Part shown: positions 29,100 to 44,890 of the stretch, one piece after another
How positions within the stretch are numbered: position 1 is the first letter of the stretch
Layout of the letters: each line of letters opens with the position of its first letter
DNA from: Octopus vulgaris
Lineage: Eukaryota
Length of the DNA: 64,000 nt
Direction of reading: 5' to 3'
NCBI GenBank assembly: GCA_951406725.2
Contig: OX597814.1
Coordinates: forward strand, 27,528,001 to 27,592,000
The notes under the pieces: generated by a model
Told to the model about the DNA's origin: nothing
Databases searched by the model: none
The model's input: the letters and a program-made list of their open reading frames with translations, nothing else
Translations under genes and position numbers: made by a program

Positions 29100-29900
29100 C
29101 ATACGAGAATCATGTTATTGCATAGTAGGATACGTACACAATACAAATTATACTGACGCTTTGTGATAGATTAGGAGTTATTGGAGAAAAAGGAACGCTA
29201 TTTTCTATCCTGTGGGTCAGCGTCTGATGCAGAGGTGAAGAACTTATCTAAAGGTGTTCGACTTTTACAGTGCATCTTCTCTTTGTACAGCTTAGTGTTG
29301 GAACGGAGCTCATTACGAACTTCGTTTGTAATATTTATGCTATGTTCATGACTGGCTACGTTATCAGTAAAGACTTGCAGACCTTCCTTTATAAATGCTA
29401 ATCCTTTAGCCATATTCTTTGCAGTCAATTGCAGCAGAGTGAGTGGAGCTTCTATATCATTCTCTTTCCCTGTTGTAGCTCTTGTTCTTGCATCGTAACT
29501 CTTTATTAGACAAACTTTCTCTGTGGGTCCCTGCTAAGACAGTCACATCATCTCCTCCTTTTCAAAGTCTCCTTTATTTACTAATTTCACAATATCTTGT
29601 GAACTTGATGTACACTTTCTGCTGGGAGAAAACGTAAAGTCACGGATTCAGTTTGGTTATATCTTTTGCTAAACATTATTTATCGTTAAAGGCTTCACTT
29701 CACCCAATTTTTCACTTATTCACTGCATTGATAACGGATATTTAACACAATAGCTGCTTGAGCACTTGAACTAATTTTATCTTTATTGTCATATATTGTC
29801 TTCATCGTTGACGTTGCAAGCCTTAATATTTTTTTCTGTTGGAATATGGTGGAATTTATCTCTCGCATGAAACATTTGTAAAGCATTAAATTTTACGTCA
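29100..29900 (-). mobile_element. Tigger/pogo transposase C-terminal remnant
   Basis: TAKNMAKGLAFIKEGLQVF..NELRSNTKLYKEK..RTPLDKFF resembles the Tigger-like C-terminus (..YRELYKEK..QTSLDSFF). Confidence 0.6.
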
Positions 29901-31439
29901 ACATAATCTCATTACGATTCGTTTTCGCACCAATGTTTTTACGTCCATTTGGTGGTGTTTTCTCCCAATTACTTTAGAGGGGATAGTGCAGTATATAGAT
30001 GGTATTTATATTGCTGACCACTGAAGGATGACAAAGTTAAATGTTGACGGAATTAGAAACCAGAATTTTAAAGACATGACTGATTTCTAATGTAAGCTCA
30101 AGACCATTAGTCCTCCCCCCCCGTTTATTTAGAAGAGAAAACAATCGAATAAATCGAATTCGTTAATAGTTTTACCCATTCCAGAAGGATTAAAAGACAA
30201 AATCGTCAACCGAACGACTCGGATGTCGAACGTGAAATGATGCAACTAAATATTGCAAGATGTTTCGTTTGGCGCTGCTACCGCATTTCTGCTATTCATC
30301 AGGTGTTTGTGGACTCTAATAAATTGTCGCCAGTGAAGAATAGAGAGAAAAGTAAATGAAACTTTTTTACAAGAAAAGTAAGATCAGACGCTCTACACTA
30401 ATCAGAAGTGGCCATGTTCCTTCCTAAAATATTGCTCTAAACATAGATTAATTGCTTGCTTATCGAACTTTATGTTAAGATATTGTTCTAAGCATGAAGA
30501 GAGGGATATATCCTCCGGAGATCTATTCCGAATGTTTGCAACAGAGTGGAGTAAGCTAAAGACTACCAAAGGCCAGTGATCGCATTAAACCAGACGATAG
30601 ATTAAATATACCACAAAACTACCATGGATTTTGAAGCGCCTTATCGTGAGCATACTCATCTACCAAGAAGGGAAAACTTTACATAATAATTCGACCTGCA
30701 AGAAATAGCAGCTAAATTGCTCTCAAATTACACTCCATTGTTAGAGCCTCAAATGTTCTGTCATGGGGAAATGGTTGTGAGCGAAAAGCACCGTCTCAAT
30801 AACTTGGCCAAACATTTGTCTCATTTGAGTTTCTTGATGGTAGGTTGTTGTTGGTTGGTGATGTATCATCAGCGTTGATGTTATTCTCTGAAGCAGTGGT
30901 ACTAAAATTGTGCTTGTAGTAGAGGTCTTTGTAATAGTGTTGTTGTTGTTAGCAGTGGAGATGTTCTTTTCCCCAGGTCAATCCTGTCAAAGAAGTTGTA
31001 AACGTCATCATCCTGTTGCCTTTGTATATGCAGTACTACATTGTCTAATATGTTCTCCTTTGAGGTGTGATTTGAGGAAGATTTGCTTACCATTTCTAAG
31101 AGATAGTGTTGGTCGGTAGTAGTAGAAGTTGTGGAGGTTGGTTGAGTCTAGAAGAGGTGAGGTTTACCTAGTATGTTGGTCCAAAGCTGGAGGAGCCAAA
31201 ATGGGGCTGTAACTCTCTGCCGGACCCCTCTCAAGAGAAAACTTTACAGCGGCTGTGTAGTTAAGAAGCTCGTTTTGCAAGCACATAATTTCGCGTTCAG
31301 ACCCATTGCACGGTACTTTAGGCAAGTGCCTTCTATTAGGAGGAGAATTCACAAAAAAAAGCCAAAAACAAAAAAAAAAAAAAGACGCAGACAGGTGGTG
31401 TAGACAACAAACAGATGTATTAGTATAACGCTCAGGAAG

Positions 31440-31750
31440 TCTGTCTTTATGTTCTGAGTTCAAATTCCGCCGAGGTCGACTTTGCCTTTCATCCTTTCGG
31501 GGCGATTAAATAAGTACCAGTTACGCACTGGGATCGATATAGTCGACTTAATCCGTTTGTCTGTCTTTGTTAGTTCTCTCTGTGTTTAGCCCCTTCTGGG
31601 TAGTAAAGAAATAGGTATTTCACCCGTTGGTACGTTCTGAGTTCAAATTATGCCGAGGTAGATTTTATCTTTCATTCTTTCGAGGTCGATAAAATAGGTA
31701 CCAGTTAATCACATGTAATCAACTCACCCCCGCCAAAAAAAATTGCAGCG
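31440..31750 (+). mobile_element. SINE family D, tandem partial copies
   Basis: gttctgagttcaaattccgccgaggtcgactttgcctttcatcctttcgggg occurs twice. Confidence 0.75.
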
Positions 31751-31799
31751 CTGTAGCCCATCTTTTATACCAAGACAAAACAATGTACATGATAACACT

Positions 31800-31856
31800 T
31801 CCAATCAGTTAAGATGAGAAGCCATGAGAGCCACTGTCTGGTACTGTATCAGGGCA

Positions 31857-31891
<35 letters not shown>

Positions 31892-31926
31892 TATCATCAT
31901 CATCATCATCATCATTATCATCATCG

Positions 31927-31957
<31 letters not shown>

Positions 31958-31968
31958 TGTCATTATTA

Positions 31969-32031
<63 letters not shown>

Positions 32032-32052
32032 GCATCATCATCATCATCATCA

Positions 32053-32126
<74 letters not shown>

Positions 32127-32510
32127 TTATGTTTGACTTTTGCTTTGCAGTTGTACAAGTTGGCTTCAAATTTCACCCAGAGACCTCAAGAGACAACAAG
32201 TTAGAAGTACATGTTGGTGAACTATCATTATTATTATTATTATTGAATGAGAGAGCAGTGCATGCCATCAAAGTGACACTGGGGTAAAATATATACGAAG
32301 CCCAGTATACCCATCATGGCTACCCGTCTGATAAGGGTACACCAGGCACATGCATCACAACCAAATGTGCGCGACATGGTGATCTCATATCAAGGTAAAC
32401 AGCGCATGACCTTGCAGGTGGAGCCCAGTTAGAATGTTTTCTGCTGGTCGAGTAGCCCTTCCCACTCATATCATCATCATCATCATCATCATCATCGTCA
32501 TCATCATCAA
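31800..32510. repeat. (CAT)n/(TAT)n microsatellites with embedded short LINE-like 3' ends
   Basis: Trinucleotide tracts at 31857-32125, 32225-32245 and 32470-32508 separated by unique-looking 60-220-bp pieces. Confidence 0.6.
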
Positions 32511-32845
32511 GCGGCGAGCTGGCAGAATCTTTAGCGCGCGGGGCGAAATGCTTAGCGGTATTTCATGGTGGTAATGGTTATGGAGATGTAAATAATAAAC
32601 AAATTAATCACTGAATCACGATGACTCAGTATGGAGTATAGTTATGCTATCAGAATGAAGACAGTAAGAAGACCGAATTATTTTCTGTAATTTATGTTTC
32701 CACGTTCCGATAGGCATGCGTTTCTGATACAACCATTCGATAATAAACAAACAACTAAATAAATACAACTGAAACTAAGCAACACAACCATACGTACATA
32801 ATACAAACATACATACATACATACATACATACATACATACATACA

Positions 32846-32878
<33 letters not shown>

Positions 32879-33028
32879 GTATAGGTACACACACATACAC
32901 ATATACTTTGATACTTTGATAGGTATACACACATACACATATATATATACAAAAAATTCTCATACACAAATTTATATATGTATATATGTATACTAATACA
33001 TGTTTGTATGTGTTTGTATATGTACACA

Positions 33029-33099
<71 letters not shown>

Positions 33100-33159
33100 A
33101 TGTATATATTTATCTATCTATCTATTTATATATGTATATGTACCTACCTACCTACCTAC

Positions 33160-33204
<45 letters not shown>

Positions 33205-33898
33205 ATATACATACATCTATCACATGTGTATACACACACACACACACATATATATATATATCGGGAGAATTAACAAAAAACAAAAGATGAAGACAGGTAG
33301 TGTAGACAACAAACAGATGTATTAGTATAATGCTCGGGAAATGAAAAAGTCTTTAACGTTTCGAGCCAACGCTCTTACACAGAAAGGAACACAGAAAGAA
33401 ACAAGGAGAGAAAATAAAGAATGTGTAGTGGCTAGCGATCTATCATGGCGAATGCCGGACAGAAGGGTCACACAGGAGAGCTAGGGAGAAGGGGAGATAT
33501 ACACATATGTATGCCTACACTCACACACATACATGTTGGCCTACTCGCCTAGCCAGCGGGTGGCATCATTCAAAATCTAAAACGATGCAAAGCGCATTGT
33601 GACCTGTAGTGTAGAACAACGTCCAATAGCCATGTTGATCACGTGATATATATCTGTACTCACATGCATACGTACGTGTATACGTACAAGTACATTCCTA
33701 CACATATACGTAATCATAAAATTTTAACAAACTTCTGTCTCCATCCCCACACACCATCACCATCAACAACATCGATTCTAAACGTAGCCGTTTGTTTTAT
33801 TTTATTTTATTTTATTTGGTAGCAAGTCAATTATCGTCTGGGATAACGAAGTGGGGAAAGACAAACAAGCAAGTAAACACTCCACCAAATAAGCATGG

Positions 33899-34212
33899 AA
33901 CCAACCAACCAACCAACCAACCAACCAACCAACTAACCAACCAACCAACCAACCAACCAACCAACCAACCAACCAACCAACTAACCAACCATCTAACCAA
34001 CCATCTAACTAACTAGTCAAGCAAGCAAGTAACCAACCAAACAAGCAGGCAGCAAGGAGTCAATCAACTAGCCGAAAGACCAGCCAACGAGCCAACCATA
34101 CAAACAAACAAACAAACCAAAAAAACAAACAACCAGTTAACCAACTAACCAATCCAACGAACGAACGAACGAACCGACGAACCAACCAATCAAAGAACCA
34201 ACCAATCAGTCG

Positions 34213-34265
<53 letters not shown>

Positions 34266-34590
34266 CCAGTCAGCTAAGTAAATAAACAAGCTAGCAATCA
34301 ACAAACTAGTCAACCAACTAATACAACAAACATGCCGATCAACCAACTAACCAACCAACCAACCAACCAACCAACCAACCAACCAACCAACCAACCAACC
34401 AACCAACCAAACAAACAAACAAACAAACAATCAAACAAACAACGAACCAACCAACAAAATCCGACTATTATACTTCGAGCTGTCACTGTTTTCGAGTTAG
34501 CTGCAGCTTTTGGCAAGAGATCGTTTGACATTTGAAGAGGCGACTTCAGTAGAAAAGGTCATTAGTGCACACAACAACAGCAGCAGCAGC

Positions 34591-34621
<31 letters not shown>

Positions 34622-34880
34622 GAGACGATGACAACAACAACAATAACGACAAGCAAAGAAACAAGCAAGAAGACAACAACTGCAGCAGTAACAGCGGCAG
34701 CAGCAACATCTGCAATAACAAGAACAATAACGGATAACACAAATAGCAACGATAACATAAATAACAATAGCACGTGCAGAAGCATTAGCAACGACAAGAA
34801 CAACAGAAGCTGAGCAGCAACAGCAGCAGCAACAGCAGCAGTAACATGTACAACAACAGCAACGGTAGTAGTAGTAATAG
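33899..34880. repeat. (CCAA)n, (TCAA)n and (CAA/CAG)n low-complexity block
   Basis: Direct inspection. Confidence 0.9.
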
Positions 34881-35084
34881 AAAGCAAGGGCAGTATTAAC
34901 AAATAAGACAAAATGTCTGCCAGATTGTAATAAAGAAGAACCAATGAAGATTGATGTTGGTCTCTATGTGGTCATTTAGCATGACAGAAATAGCACTCGA
35001 ATCTTCCGCAAATTATCTACTAGGCGTGAGAGTGGCTGTGTGGTAAGTAGCTTGCTTACCAACCACATAGTTATGGCCTCAGTC

Positions 35085-35139
<55 letters not shown>

Positions 35140-35144
<5 letters not shown>

Positions 35145-35357
35145 GTTTCAAGTTTCTCCACAAGGCCAGCAACTTTGGGGGAAAGGGTGTGTCGATTACA
35201 TCGACCCCAGGGTTCAACTGGTACTTTATTTATCAATCCTCAAAGGATGAAAGGCAAAGTCGACTTCGGCGGAATTTGAACTCAGAACGTAAGGACGGAT
35301 GAAATGCCGCTAAGCAATTGGCTCGGGCTGCTAACGATTCTGCCAATTCGTCACCTT
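35140..35357 (-). mobile_element. SINE family D
   Basis: Family D core on the minus strand between (TAA)n tracts. More copies at ~36985-37360 and ~38258-38510. Confidence 0.75.
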
Positions 35358-35361
35358 AATG

Positions 35362-35479
<118 letters not shown>

Positions 35480-35495
35480 CGATATGATGATGATG

Positions 35496-35533
<38 letters not shown>

Positions 35534-37734
35534 GACAATAACGCCAATAACAATTACCACCTTTCACATTTTCTCCCTTTTCAACATTTAACATACAACA
35601 CTACATTCAACAATATAGCGATGAATTACACTCACACGCCCCACCCCACATGCACACACAGAGAAACACACATTCACATGCACACACACATGCACACACA
35701 TGCATGCAGACACACATGCACACACATGCATGCACACATATGCATGCACACACACCGCAATACTCGCACGCACAAAAGACGCAAGTACAAGGAATTGTGT
35801 ACAGGTTTTTGGTTTACATTCATACCAAACGCAGACAGACACAGTAAAGAAAGTACAAAACCATACATGTATTCTTAAAGTACATGCTATTGATCAACAC
35901 ATAAAAAGCAACGATTGTGTTTAAAGCGATTAATTTCATTCCTCATAGATCACACTTGTCCTGCTGCTTGTCTCTTTACAGTAAATTCTTATAAAGTACA
36001 ACCTAAAACAGAGCACTTTACATCGTTATCACACCTGGCATTTATATCACACCTGGCATTTACATCACGCCTAGCATTTATATCACACCTAGACAATGAA
36101 ACGAAAATCATTCAGATTGAAAGACCCGCAAGACATTCAAGGGACATCGTTTGTTCCTGCAGCAAACTCCAATATACAAAAATCTCTATTACTACTACAC
36201 GTTCAAACACTCCAAACTCGATACACAAATCTACAAAATTCCAAAACAGTACAACATAACTCTAAAAACATTCTCTTCTAGGTCGGTGGCTTCCGGTCCG
36301 ATTGTATCATGGCGGCGTGTGTTAACGGAGCTCCCCACTGATACACTATCTGTCAACCTTGGTATGCACCAGTATTTCTCATTTACATCAACCACTGATT
36401 TGTCAACAACAAATACACATACACTGATGATATCCGCCTCCATTCCTCTGTAATCTTTCATACCTCACGTCAAGCCAGCATTGCTTCCTTGAACAGATAC
36501 TTCTCAAACATCCTGTAATGGTGCAGTAGCAGTTAGTTTTCCTTGAGATTAGAACTTGAAAATTGAAGCTCTAAAGCCACAATAGCCAACAAATACCATT
36601 ATAGACCAAAGATGGTCGTTGTTGGTAAGCAGTGGTACTATATGTAGAAATATTTTGCCAATTATCTGTGATGTCAGCTTGTGGTAGGCGTGTTAGTCTA
36701 ACGGAAAAATTAAATTTTCGCGCATAAATATTACCGTTAGAACATTTGAGAGCTTTCTCGGCGAAACATATAATAAAGGAATTTGAAATCCGACTTTTTG
36801 AGGGACATTTGGCTTATTGCGGTTGGAAGCTATGTGTGTTTTCAACCTCACGTTTGATTAGACTAATTTTCATCCTTCAACGTCTTCACTGAAAATTATT
36901 CGTGTTACCACAAACAATTATGTTCCTCTCTCTGAGAATTATTTCGTGATTCATACAAATCATGCATTCATCAATTATAAATATTGATTTCAAAGTTTGG
37001 CACAAGGTAAGCAATTTCAAGGGTTGATACTCGACTGGTACTTATTTTATCGACCCCGAAAAGATGAAAGGCGAAATTTGAACACAGAGTGTAAAGACGG
37101 ACGAAATGCGTGCTAACGATTCTGTCAGATCATTTGTAAATACTGATTTCAAATTTTGACACGAGGCCAGTAATTTCGGGGGAAGTGGCCAGTCGATTAC
37201 ATCGACTCCAATGTTGAACTGGTTCTTATTTTTCCGATCCCGAAAGGAACGAAAGGCAAAGTTGACCCTGACAGCATTTGAACTCCGAACGTAAAATCGC
37301 AAGAAATGCCTCTAAGCATTTTTCCCGGTGCGGAAACGATTCCGTCTGCCCGGCGCCTTAAAATAATTGTAAATACTGTAAGCTAAAAAATGTTAAATAT
37401 TATCAATAAAATGTGATTGAAGATAATTTCTTTTTTTTACTTGTAATTCAAGATTGGCATCACACAGTCGAAGGAGTGTTGACTTAACATCTCTTCAACA
37501 GTTTCCGACCAATTTTCTCTCCTTCAACAGCACAGACGTAATCACTACTTACATCAAGAAAACAACAATATCGTGCCTCGCCTTAAACATGAACTGCAAC
37601 CGGAACCCTTACAGTTGCTACATATAACTAGGTCTTACCGTCCCTGAAGATTTCTCCTGGTGAACGGGGCATTCTTAACATAGCAAATGCTGCATCATAC
37701 CATTCTCTTCAAAGTTTAGAAAATACCTCAGTTG

Positions 37735-37736
37735 CC

Positions 37737-37785
<49 letters not shown>

Positions 37786-37852
37786 CCACCACCACCACCA
37801 CCACCACCACCACAACAACAACAACAACAACACCACCACCACTACTACCACC

Positions 37853-37883
<31 letters not shown>

Positions 37884-37913
37884 CCACCACCACCACCACA
37901 ACAACAACAACAA

Positions 37914-37964
<51 letters not shown>

Positions 37965-37975
37965 ACGACAACAAC

Positions 37976-38009
<34 letters not shown>

Positions 38010-38100
38010 ACAACAACAACAACGACGACGACGACGACAACGACGACGACAACAACAACAGCAACAACAGCAACAGCAGCAACAACAACAACAACAACAA
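37735..38100. repeat. (CAA)n/(CCA)n/(CGA)n microsatellite
   Basis: Direct inspection. Confidence 0.95.
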
Positions 38101-39249
38101 GCCTTCTGCGAAGTTCAAGTGGAACCTTACATTAGGGACAGTGTTACCTGTTATTCACATAGGAACACATTACAAAAAAAGCCTGATCGATTGATTAACG
38201 TGAAATCCCTTATCAACACCTTCCAATATATATCATGCATTCACCAATTGTAAATATTGGTTTCAAACTTTGGCACAAGGCCGGCAATTTGAAGGATTGG
38301 GTAAAACGATTACATTGGCCCCAAACACTCAACTAGTACTTATAAGGCGGTAAACTGGCAGAATCGTTAGCATATCGGGCAAAATGCTTTGCAGTATTTC
38401 GTCCTTCTTTACGTTCTGAGATCAAATTCCACCGAAGTCGACTTTGCCTTTCATCTTTTCGAGATCGATAAAATAAGTACCAGTTGAGCACTGGAGTCCT
38501 TGTAATCAACTTACGCAACAGTGTTTTGCTCAAGAACAGTCCGGTCCGGGAATCGAACTCACAACCTCACGATTGTAAGCCCGGCGCTCTAACCACTGAA
38601 CCATGCATCTTTAGCTATACCAATAGCAACTGCAGTGATGAAACCATTTACGTTAGAGTGCATTGATAATAGTAATGGTGGAGCTTATTGTGTAGGTGGT
38701 GGTGATGGTTGTGATAGTGGTGGATGATAGTAGTAGACGTAGTCATGGTGATAATGAAGGTGGTAATGGTAAAAGTTCTGCTCTTGTGAGGTGTTGATTG
38801 TAGTGATGATGGTGTAAATAATGGTAAAAATGGTGGTGATGCTAATAACGACGATGGTGATGGAAATGGTTTGAGGCCTTGGGTTTAGTGTTGATTGTGG
38901 TAGTATCGGGGTTGTGGGTGTTTTTATTATTATTTTTAACGGTAGAACTCGAAGCAGATAAAGCTACAAATAATAGCGTGTAAATACTGGTAAAACAAAA
39001 CCCTTTTCGATACAAAAAGTCGAAAGCTGCGCGTGGGATTCGAATCTTCATCTGATTTGTTTTTAGATCCAGTTCAGCCTTGATCAAACAGTGTTATGAT
39101 TAAAAGCATTCTAGCCGTGACCATTCCGTCTTTTTCTTACGTGCCATTTATCTTTCTGAGATAGAAGTGGGTACGAGTGGTGAAAAAAAAATTGGTTACT
39201 ATTTTTAGCAGGTTGAGCAATCACGTAAAGGCTTCCTTGTTGTCTCATG

Positions 39250-39610
39250 ATAGTAGTGGTGGTGATGGTGGTGGTGGTGGTGGTGGTGGTGGTGGTGGTG
39301 GTGGTGGTGGTGGTGGTGGTGGTGGTAGTGGTGGTGGTGATGGTGGTGGTGATGGTGGTGGTGGGGGTGGGGGTGGTGATGGTGGTGGTGGTGGTGGTGG
39401 TGGTGGTGGTGGTGGTGGTGGTGGTGGTGGTGGTGGTGGTGGTGGTGGTGATGGTGGTGGTGATGGTGGTGGTGGTGGTGGTGGTGGTGGTGATGGTGGT
39501 GGTGATAGTAGTGGTGGTGATGGTGGTGGTGGTGTGGTGGTGGTGGTAGTGGCAGTGGTGCTGGTGGTGGTAGTGGTGGTGGTGGTGGTGATGGTGGTTG
39601 TGGGTGGTGA
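39250..39610. repeat. (GGT)n microsatellite
   Basis: Direct inspection. Confidence 0.95.
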
Positions 39611-39709
39611 GTGATGACGCAAGACGTAAACATCTTTCGTTTGATTTCAAAAGAAGCCAGCAAAGATTCAATATGGTTCACAACAGCATTTACATACTGT
39701 AACCCCCCA

Positions 39710-40305
39710 CAATCACACACAAACAGACACGCAGAAGCACGCACACGCACGTATACCCGCGTGCACACACGCACACACACACACACACAATTAAGCTTAT
39801 GCAGCCACACATGCATAAACAAAATCACATGCACACAAACACACACACACACACACACACACACATACGTAAAAATAACCACACGCACACCAGCACTCAC
39901 AAACACATATGCACAGACACAGCCACACATACACGTACACAGTTGCACAAAAACGCACACACAAATACACTCATAAACATAGACTACCACGCACACACAA
40001 CGACATACATGTAGACACACAAAAGAAAGACAAACAAAACAATACGCACACACACACACACACACACACGCATACACATACACATACACATTGATACATT
40101 CACAACTCCACAGAATTAATTACTTGAAAAAAAAAATTAGGTGTATTATATCATCAGCATATGCTTCAATGCACACTTTCCTTCGTACCGCATTGCACAC
40201 ACACACACACAGACACACAGACACACACACACACACACACAGACACACACACAGACACACACACACAGACACACACACACATTTATATACATATGTATAT
40301 ATAAC

Positions 40306-40366
<61 letters not shown>

Positions 40367-40528
40367 TATATGTATATACATACGTATATATATATATATG
40401 TGTGTGTGCATATACATATATAAATTTATATATATACATATATACACATACACACGTATATATATGTATATATATATGCACACACATTTATATACATATG
40501 TATATATAACGTGTATATACATACATAC

Positions 40529-40568
<40 letters not shown>

Positions 40569-40658
40569 TATATGTGTATACATACGTATACATATGCATG
40601 CATACGCACATATACATATACAAACTCGCACACAGACACTAACATACATTCATATCAT

Positions 40659-40703
<45 letters not shown>

Positions 40704-41744
40704 GTATGTATGTATATATGCATATATATCCATGTATTCATCGTCTGTGACTTAGGTCACAGTGGTAGGGAGAATAGCACAGACTGGCAGCCAGTCAGCC
40801 AGTCAGCCAAGCCCGCCAGACTCCCTTCTTTTCAGAGTTTACATCGTCCCCACCCCCCTTACCTCATTCCGCGACTCTTCTTCCCAACTATATTTATTTG
40901 TTTGTGTTTAGTTTTGTTTTATTGCATTAGCTACTTGGTGGGACACACAAACGATCTAAATTCCTCTATACAGAATCTCATCGGAATTCCATGGAATTCC
41001 TCGAATTCCATTCGAGTACCTCTTATTCTCTTGATAGAAGAAGCCCCTTAGCTACGAAGCATGTCGCAATGAATTCTTGACGATGTCTTCCTACATACAT
41101 ACATACATACATACACACATACATACATACACACATACATACATACACACATACATACACACATACATACACACATACATACACACATACATACACACAT
41201 TCATACACACATTCATACATACATACATACACACATACATACACACATACATACACACATACATACACACATACATACACACATACATACACGCATACAT
41301 ACATACATACATACATACATACATACATACATACACATACATACATACATACATACATACATACACACATACATACACACATACATACATACACACATAC
41401 ACACATACATACACACATACATACATACATACATACACACATACATACATACATACACACATACATACACACATACATACACACATACATACATACATAC
41501 ACACATACACACATACATACACACATTCATACACACATACATACACACATACACACATACATACAAACATACAAACATACATACATACATACATACATAC
41601 ATACACACATACATACATGCATACATACATACATACATACATACATACACATGCTTATAAGCATTTATTTATACAAAAGTTAACACAGACACAAACATAT
41701 TTATCAATGTTATATATTTATATATATATGTATATCTGTGTGTT

Positions 41745-41803
<59 letters not shown>

Positions 41804-41820
41804 AGGAACGCAAACACACA
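39710..41820. repeat. compound (CA)n/(TA)n/(CATA)n microsatellite field
   Basis: Direct inspection; a unique island lies at 40740-41090. Confidence 0.9.
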
Positions 41821-41954
41821 CAAAGGTAATCATACACATGAAGTAAATTGCTAACACTTTCATCTTAAATGTATGCTGAGTACTCTAAAATATACTAAAA
41901 ACTCTTACGTTTGACCCTGCACCGGCACTAATCATATATATATATATATATATA

Positions 41955-42161
41955 TTCTTTTATTCTTTTATTTGTTTCAGTCACTTGACTGCGACCAAGC
42001 TGGAGCACAGCCTTTAATCGAACAAATCGACCCCAAGACTTATTCTTTGTTAGCCAAGTACTTATTCTATCGGTCTCTTTTCCCGAACCACTAATTTACG
42101 GGGACGTAGACACATCAACATCGGTTGTCAAGCGATGCCGGACACACACACACACACACAC

Positions 42162-42247
<86 letters not shown>

Positions 42248-42405
42248 TAGGTTTCTTTCAGTTTCCAAATACCAAACCCACTCACAAGGCTTTGGTCAGC
42301 CCGAGACTATAGTAGAAAGCACTTACCCAAGGTGTCACGCAGTGGGACTGAACTCGGAACCATGTGGCTGGTAAGCAAGCTACTTACCACACAGCTGCAC
42401 CTGCA
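41955..42405 (-). mobile_element. SINE family B with expanded internal (CA)n
   Basis: Matches the family B consensus. Confidence 0.85.
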
Positions 42406-42443
42406 CACACACACACACACACAGACACACAAATGTATATGGA

Positions 42444-42533
<90 letters not shown>

Positions 42534-43327
42534 ACGATCCCTATTGATCCAATTTTTTTCCTTTCCCTCCTCCCCCCCTTTTTTAAAAAATTTATTTTAT
42601 CCCCCCCTTTTTTTGTCCTCTTTCTTTCCATTTACGATCCCTTCTGATCGAAAACCAAACCCTCTTCTTTTACCCCCAAAAGAAAAGCTCTATCTTGTAA
42701 TTTTGTCCTGTCTGTGTGCAGCCCTGTGTGGCTAATAAAGAAACATATCTATCAAACCCACGGTAATAGTCTACTTGGGAGTTTTACGGATACTGGTTCC
42801 TCTTCAAACAGGTTTTGAGGAGTCAGATAAGCGAGACTACAGACGAATATTATTTTGATTCTATAACCAGTCCCGAGTCGTCGTAAAAAAAGACCCAGAA
42901 CTGAAACATCTCACTAAGTTATAAGAAAACAACAAACCGACAGTATGTACACACCTTTGTAACATAGGGATTTCCCTCATTATGGACTGTTCTCTCTCTT
43001 TCTATATATATATATATACGCACCACTATACACACACACTTACACACACATACACACCACTATACACACACCCATACACACCCATACACACCATACACAC
43101 CCATACACACCATACACACCCATACACACACATACACACAACATTGAGATTTTCTTCCGTGTGTATTGCTCGCTCTCTCTCTCTCTGTCTCTCTCTCTCT
43201 CTATATATATACATGCACCACTATACACACACCCATACACACTGTTCAACTCATCACCCACTTCCTCCACCATTATACATACACCCACAGCATCTTCTCA
43301 CTCCTCATACACTGCCACATACGCATC

Positions 43328-43359
<32 letters not shown>

Positions 43360-44062
43360 ATCTTCAATAGTCTCACCACACATACCACCATATGAGCAGC
43401 CACACACAATATAACTCAGTACATAAGCCACCCACCATCATGCACGCTCCCACACCCACACAAGCACATAATGCCTGGACACAGATAATATATACACATA
43501 CACACATACACACACACACGCACGCGCACGCGCATAAACACACGCAACACACATAGACAGAGATAACTTTTGCCCACATACATACACTATACACATTCAC
43601 ACTATTTGGTCACAGTGACACACACACATACACATGTGCACATACTACATGAAAAACCACACGTCAACTGCTACACACAACACACACACACACGTTATAC
43701 ACAAGCACACACACATACACACGCTCGTCAAACTCATTCGCCTCCATTCACACATACACACCTACACATACACACACACACCATTCCCACATATACACAT
43801 ACGCTCACGCACCACCTGTTGAGATCACCACGAATTATCTCCCTTCCATTCAACCTCTTTTTTTCCCAATCATTCGCTATGTTGGACTACTGAACTCAAC
43901 ACGTCTTTTTTTCATACTCCCTCTATTTCATCGTATTCCTTTCTGCCGAAGAGCGTAGGCTCGAAACGTAAAGGGCCTTTCCAATTTTCCCGAGCGTCAG
44001 AGAAATAGACTTTCTTGTTGTTCCCACATCTGCCTTCATCTTTGTTTTTCCATAAATCTGAA

Positions 44063-44125
<63 letters not shown>

Positions 44126-44191
44126 TAAATTATCATATAAATAATATACATATATGCATATATACATACGTATATGCACATATATCTATAC

Positions 44192-44239
<48 letters not shown>

Positions 44240-44271
44240 CAGATGTTAAAACTAAGTGGCGACTGGGAACG

Positions 44272-44337
<66 letters not shown>

Positions 44338-44339
44338 GA

Positions 44340-44890
44340 GTATATGGAACATGAACTATTCTTTCCAACAACGAAAGACACAAATGGAAAACAAGACAAA
44401 CAACATAAAGAACGATCCTTGGCTGTTTTTCTAGTCTCGTATTTTGAGCATTTAACAACAACATACGTTTTCGATAAAAAAAAGTTGCTCCCGCAAAGCA
44501 ATTCAGGTAAAATTTGGGATTTTGCGAAGGGTCAAAACTGGTAACACAAACAGGACAGTGGAAACAAATAGGAAGGGCCGCTAAGCCTAAACGAGGTTGT
44601 GGTGGCGAACGCATAAATCAAGCTTGGACAGTAGAAAACAAGAACACGTTTTCCTTGTTCCAACTATAACGGAGAGAAAAAAAGATGGCCGATGGTCACA
44701 TGGGAGTCACGTTTGCAACGGAGGAGGAGTGACGAAGAGAGAGTGACAGAGTAATAGGATAGAATAGTGTGAGAAGAAGAGGTAAAAGAATAAAAGAGAG
44801 AAAAACGAAAGACTAAAAAGATTGTATAGAGTGCGCATGAGAATTATTAAGATAAAACTTACTTGGAAGAGGATGCATGGCGTTCAATTA
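44340..44890 (-). mobile_element. (TA)n-embedded element, probably Penelope-terminal-derived
   Basis: Shares blocks (gatgg.cgatggtcac, ttaagataaaa.ttacttggaa..g.at..tggcgttcaat) with 47540-48205. Similar architecture at 13920-14300 and 54395-54740. Confidence 0.5.

Noticed and set aside
36028-36092. 18-bp repeat TATCACACCTGGCATTTA, ~3.5 copies
   Set aside because: A short local slippage repeat with nothing else supporting a function.
39250-39610. (GGT)n tract as a telomeric repeat linked to the TIN2-like gene
   Set aside because: It is not TTAGGG; it is an ordinary trinucleotide microsatellite.
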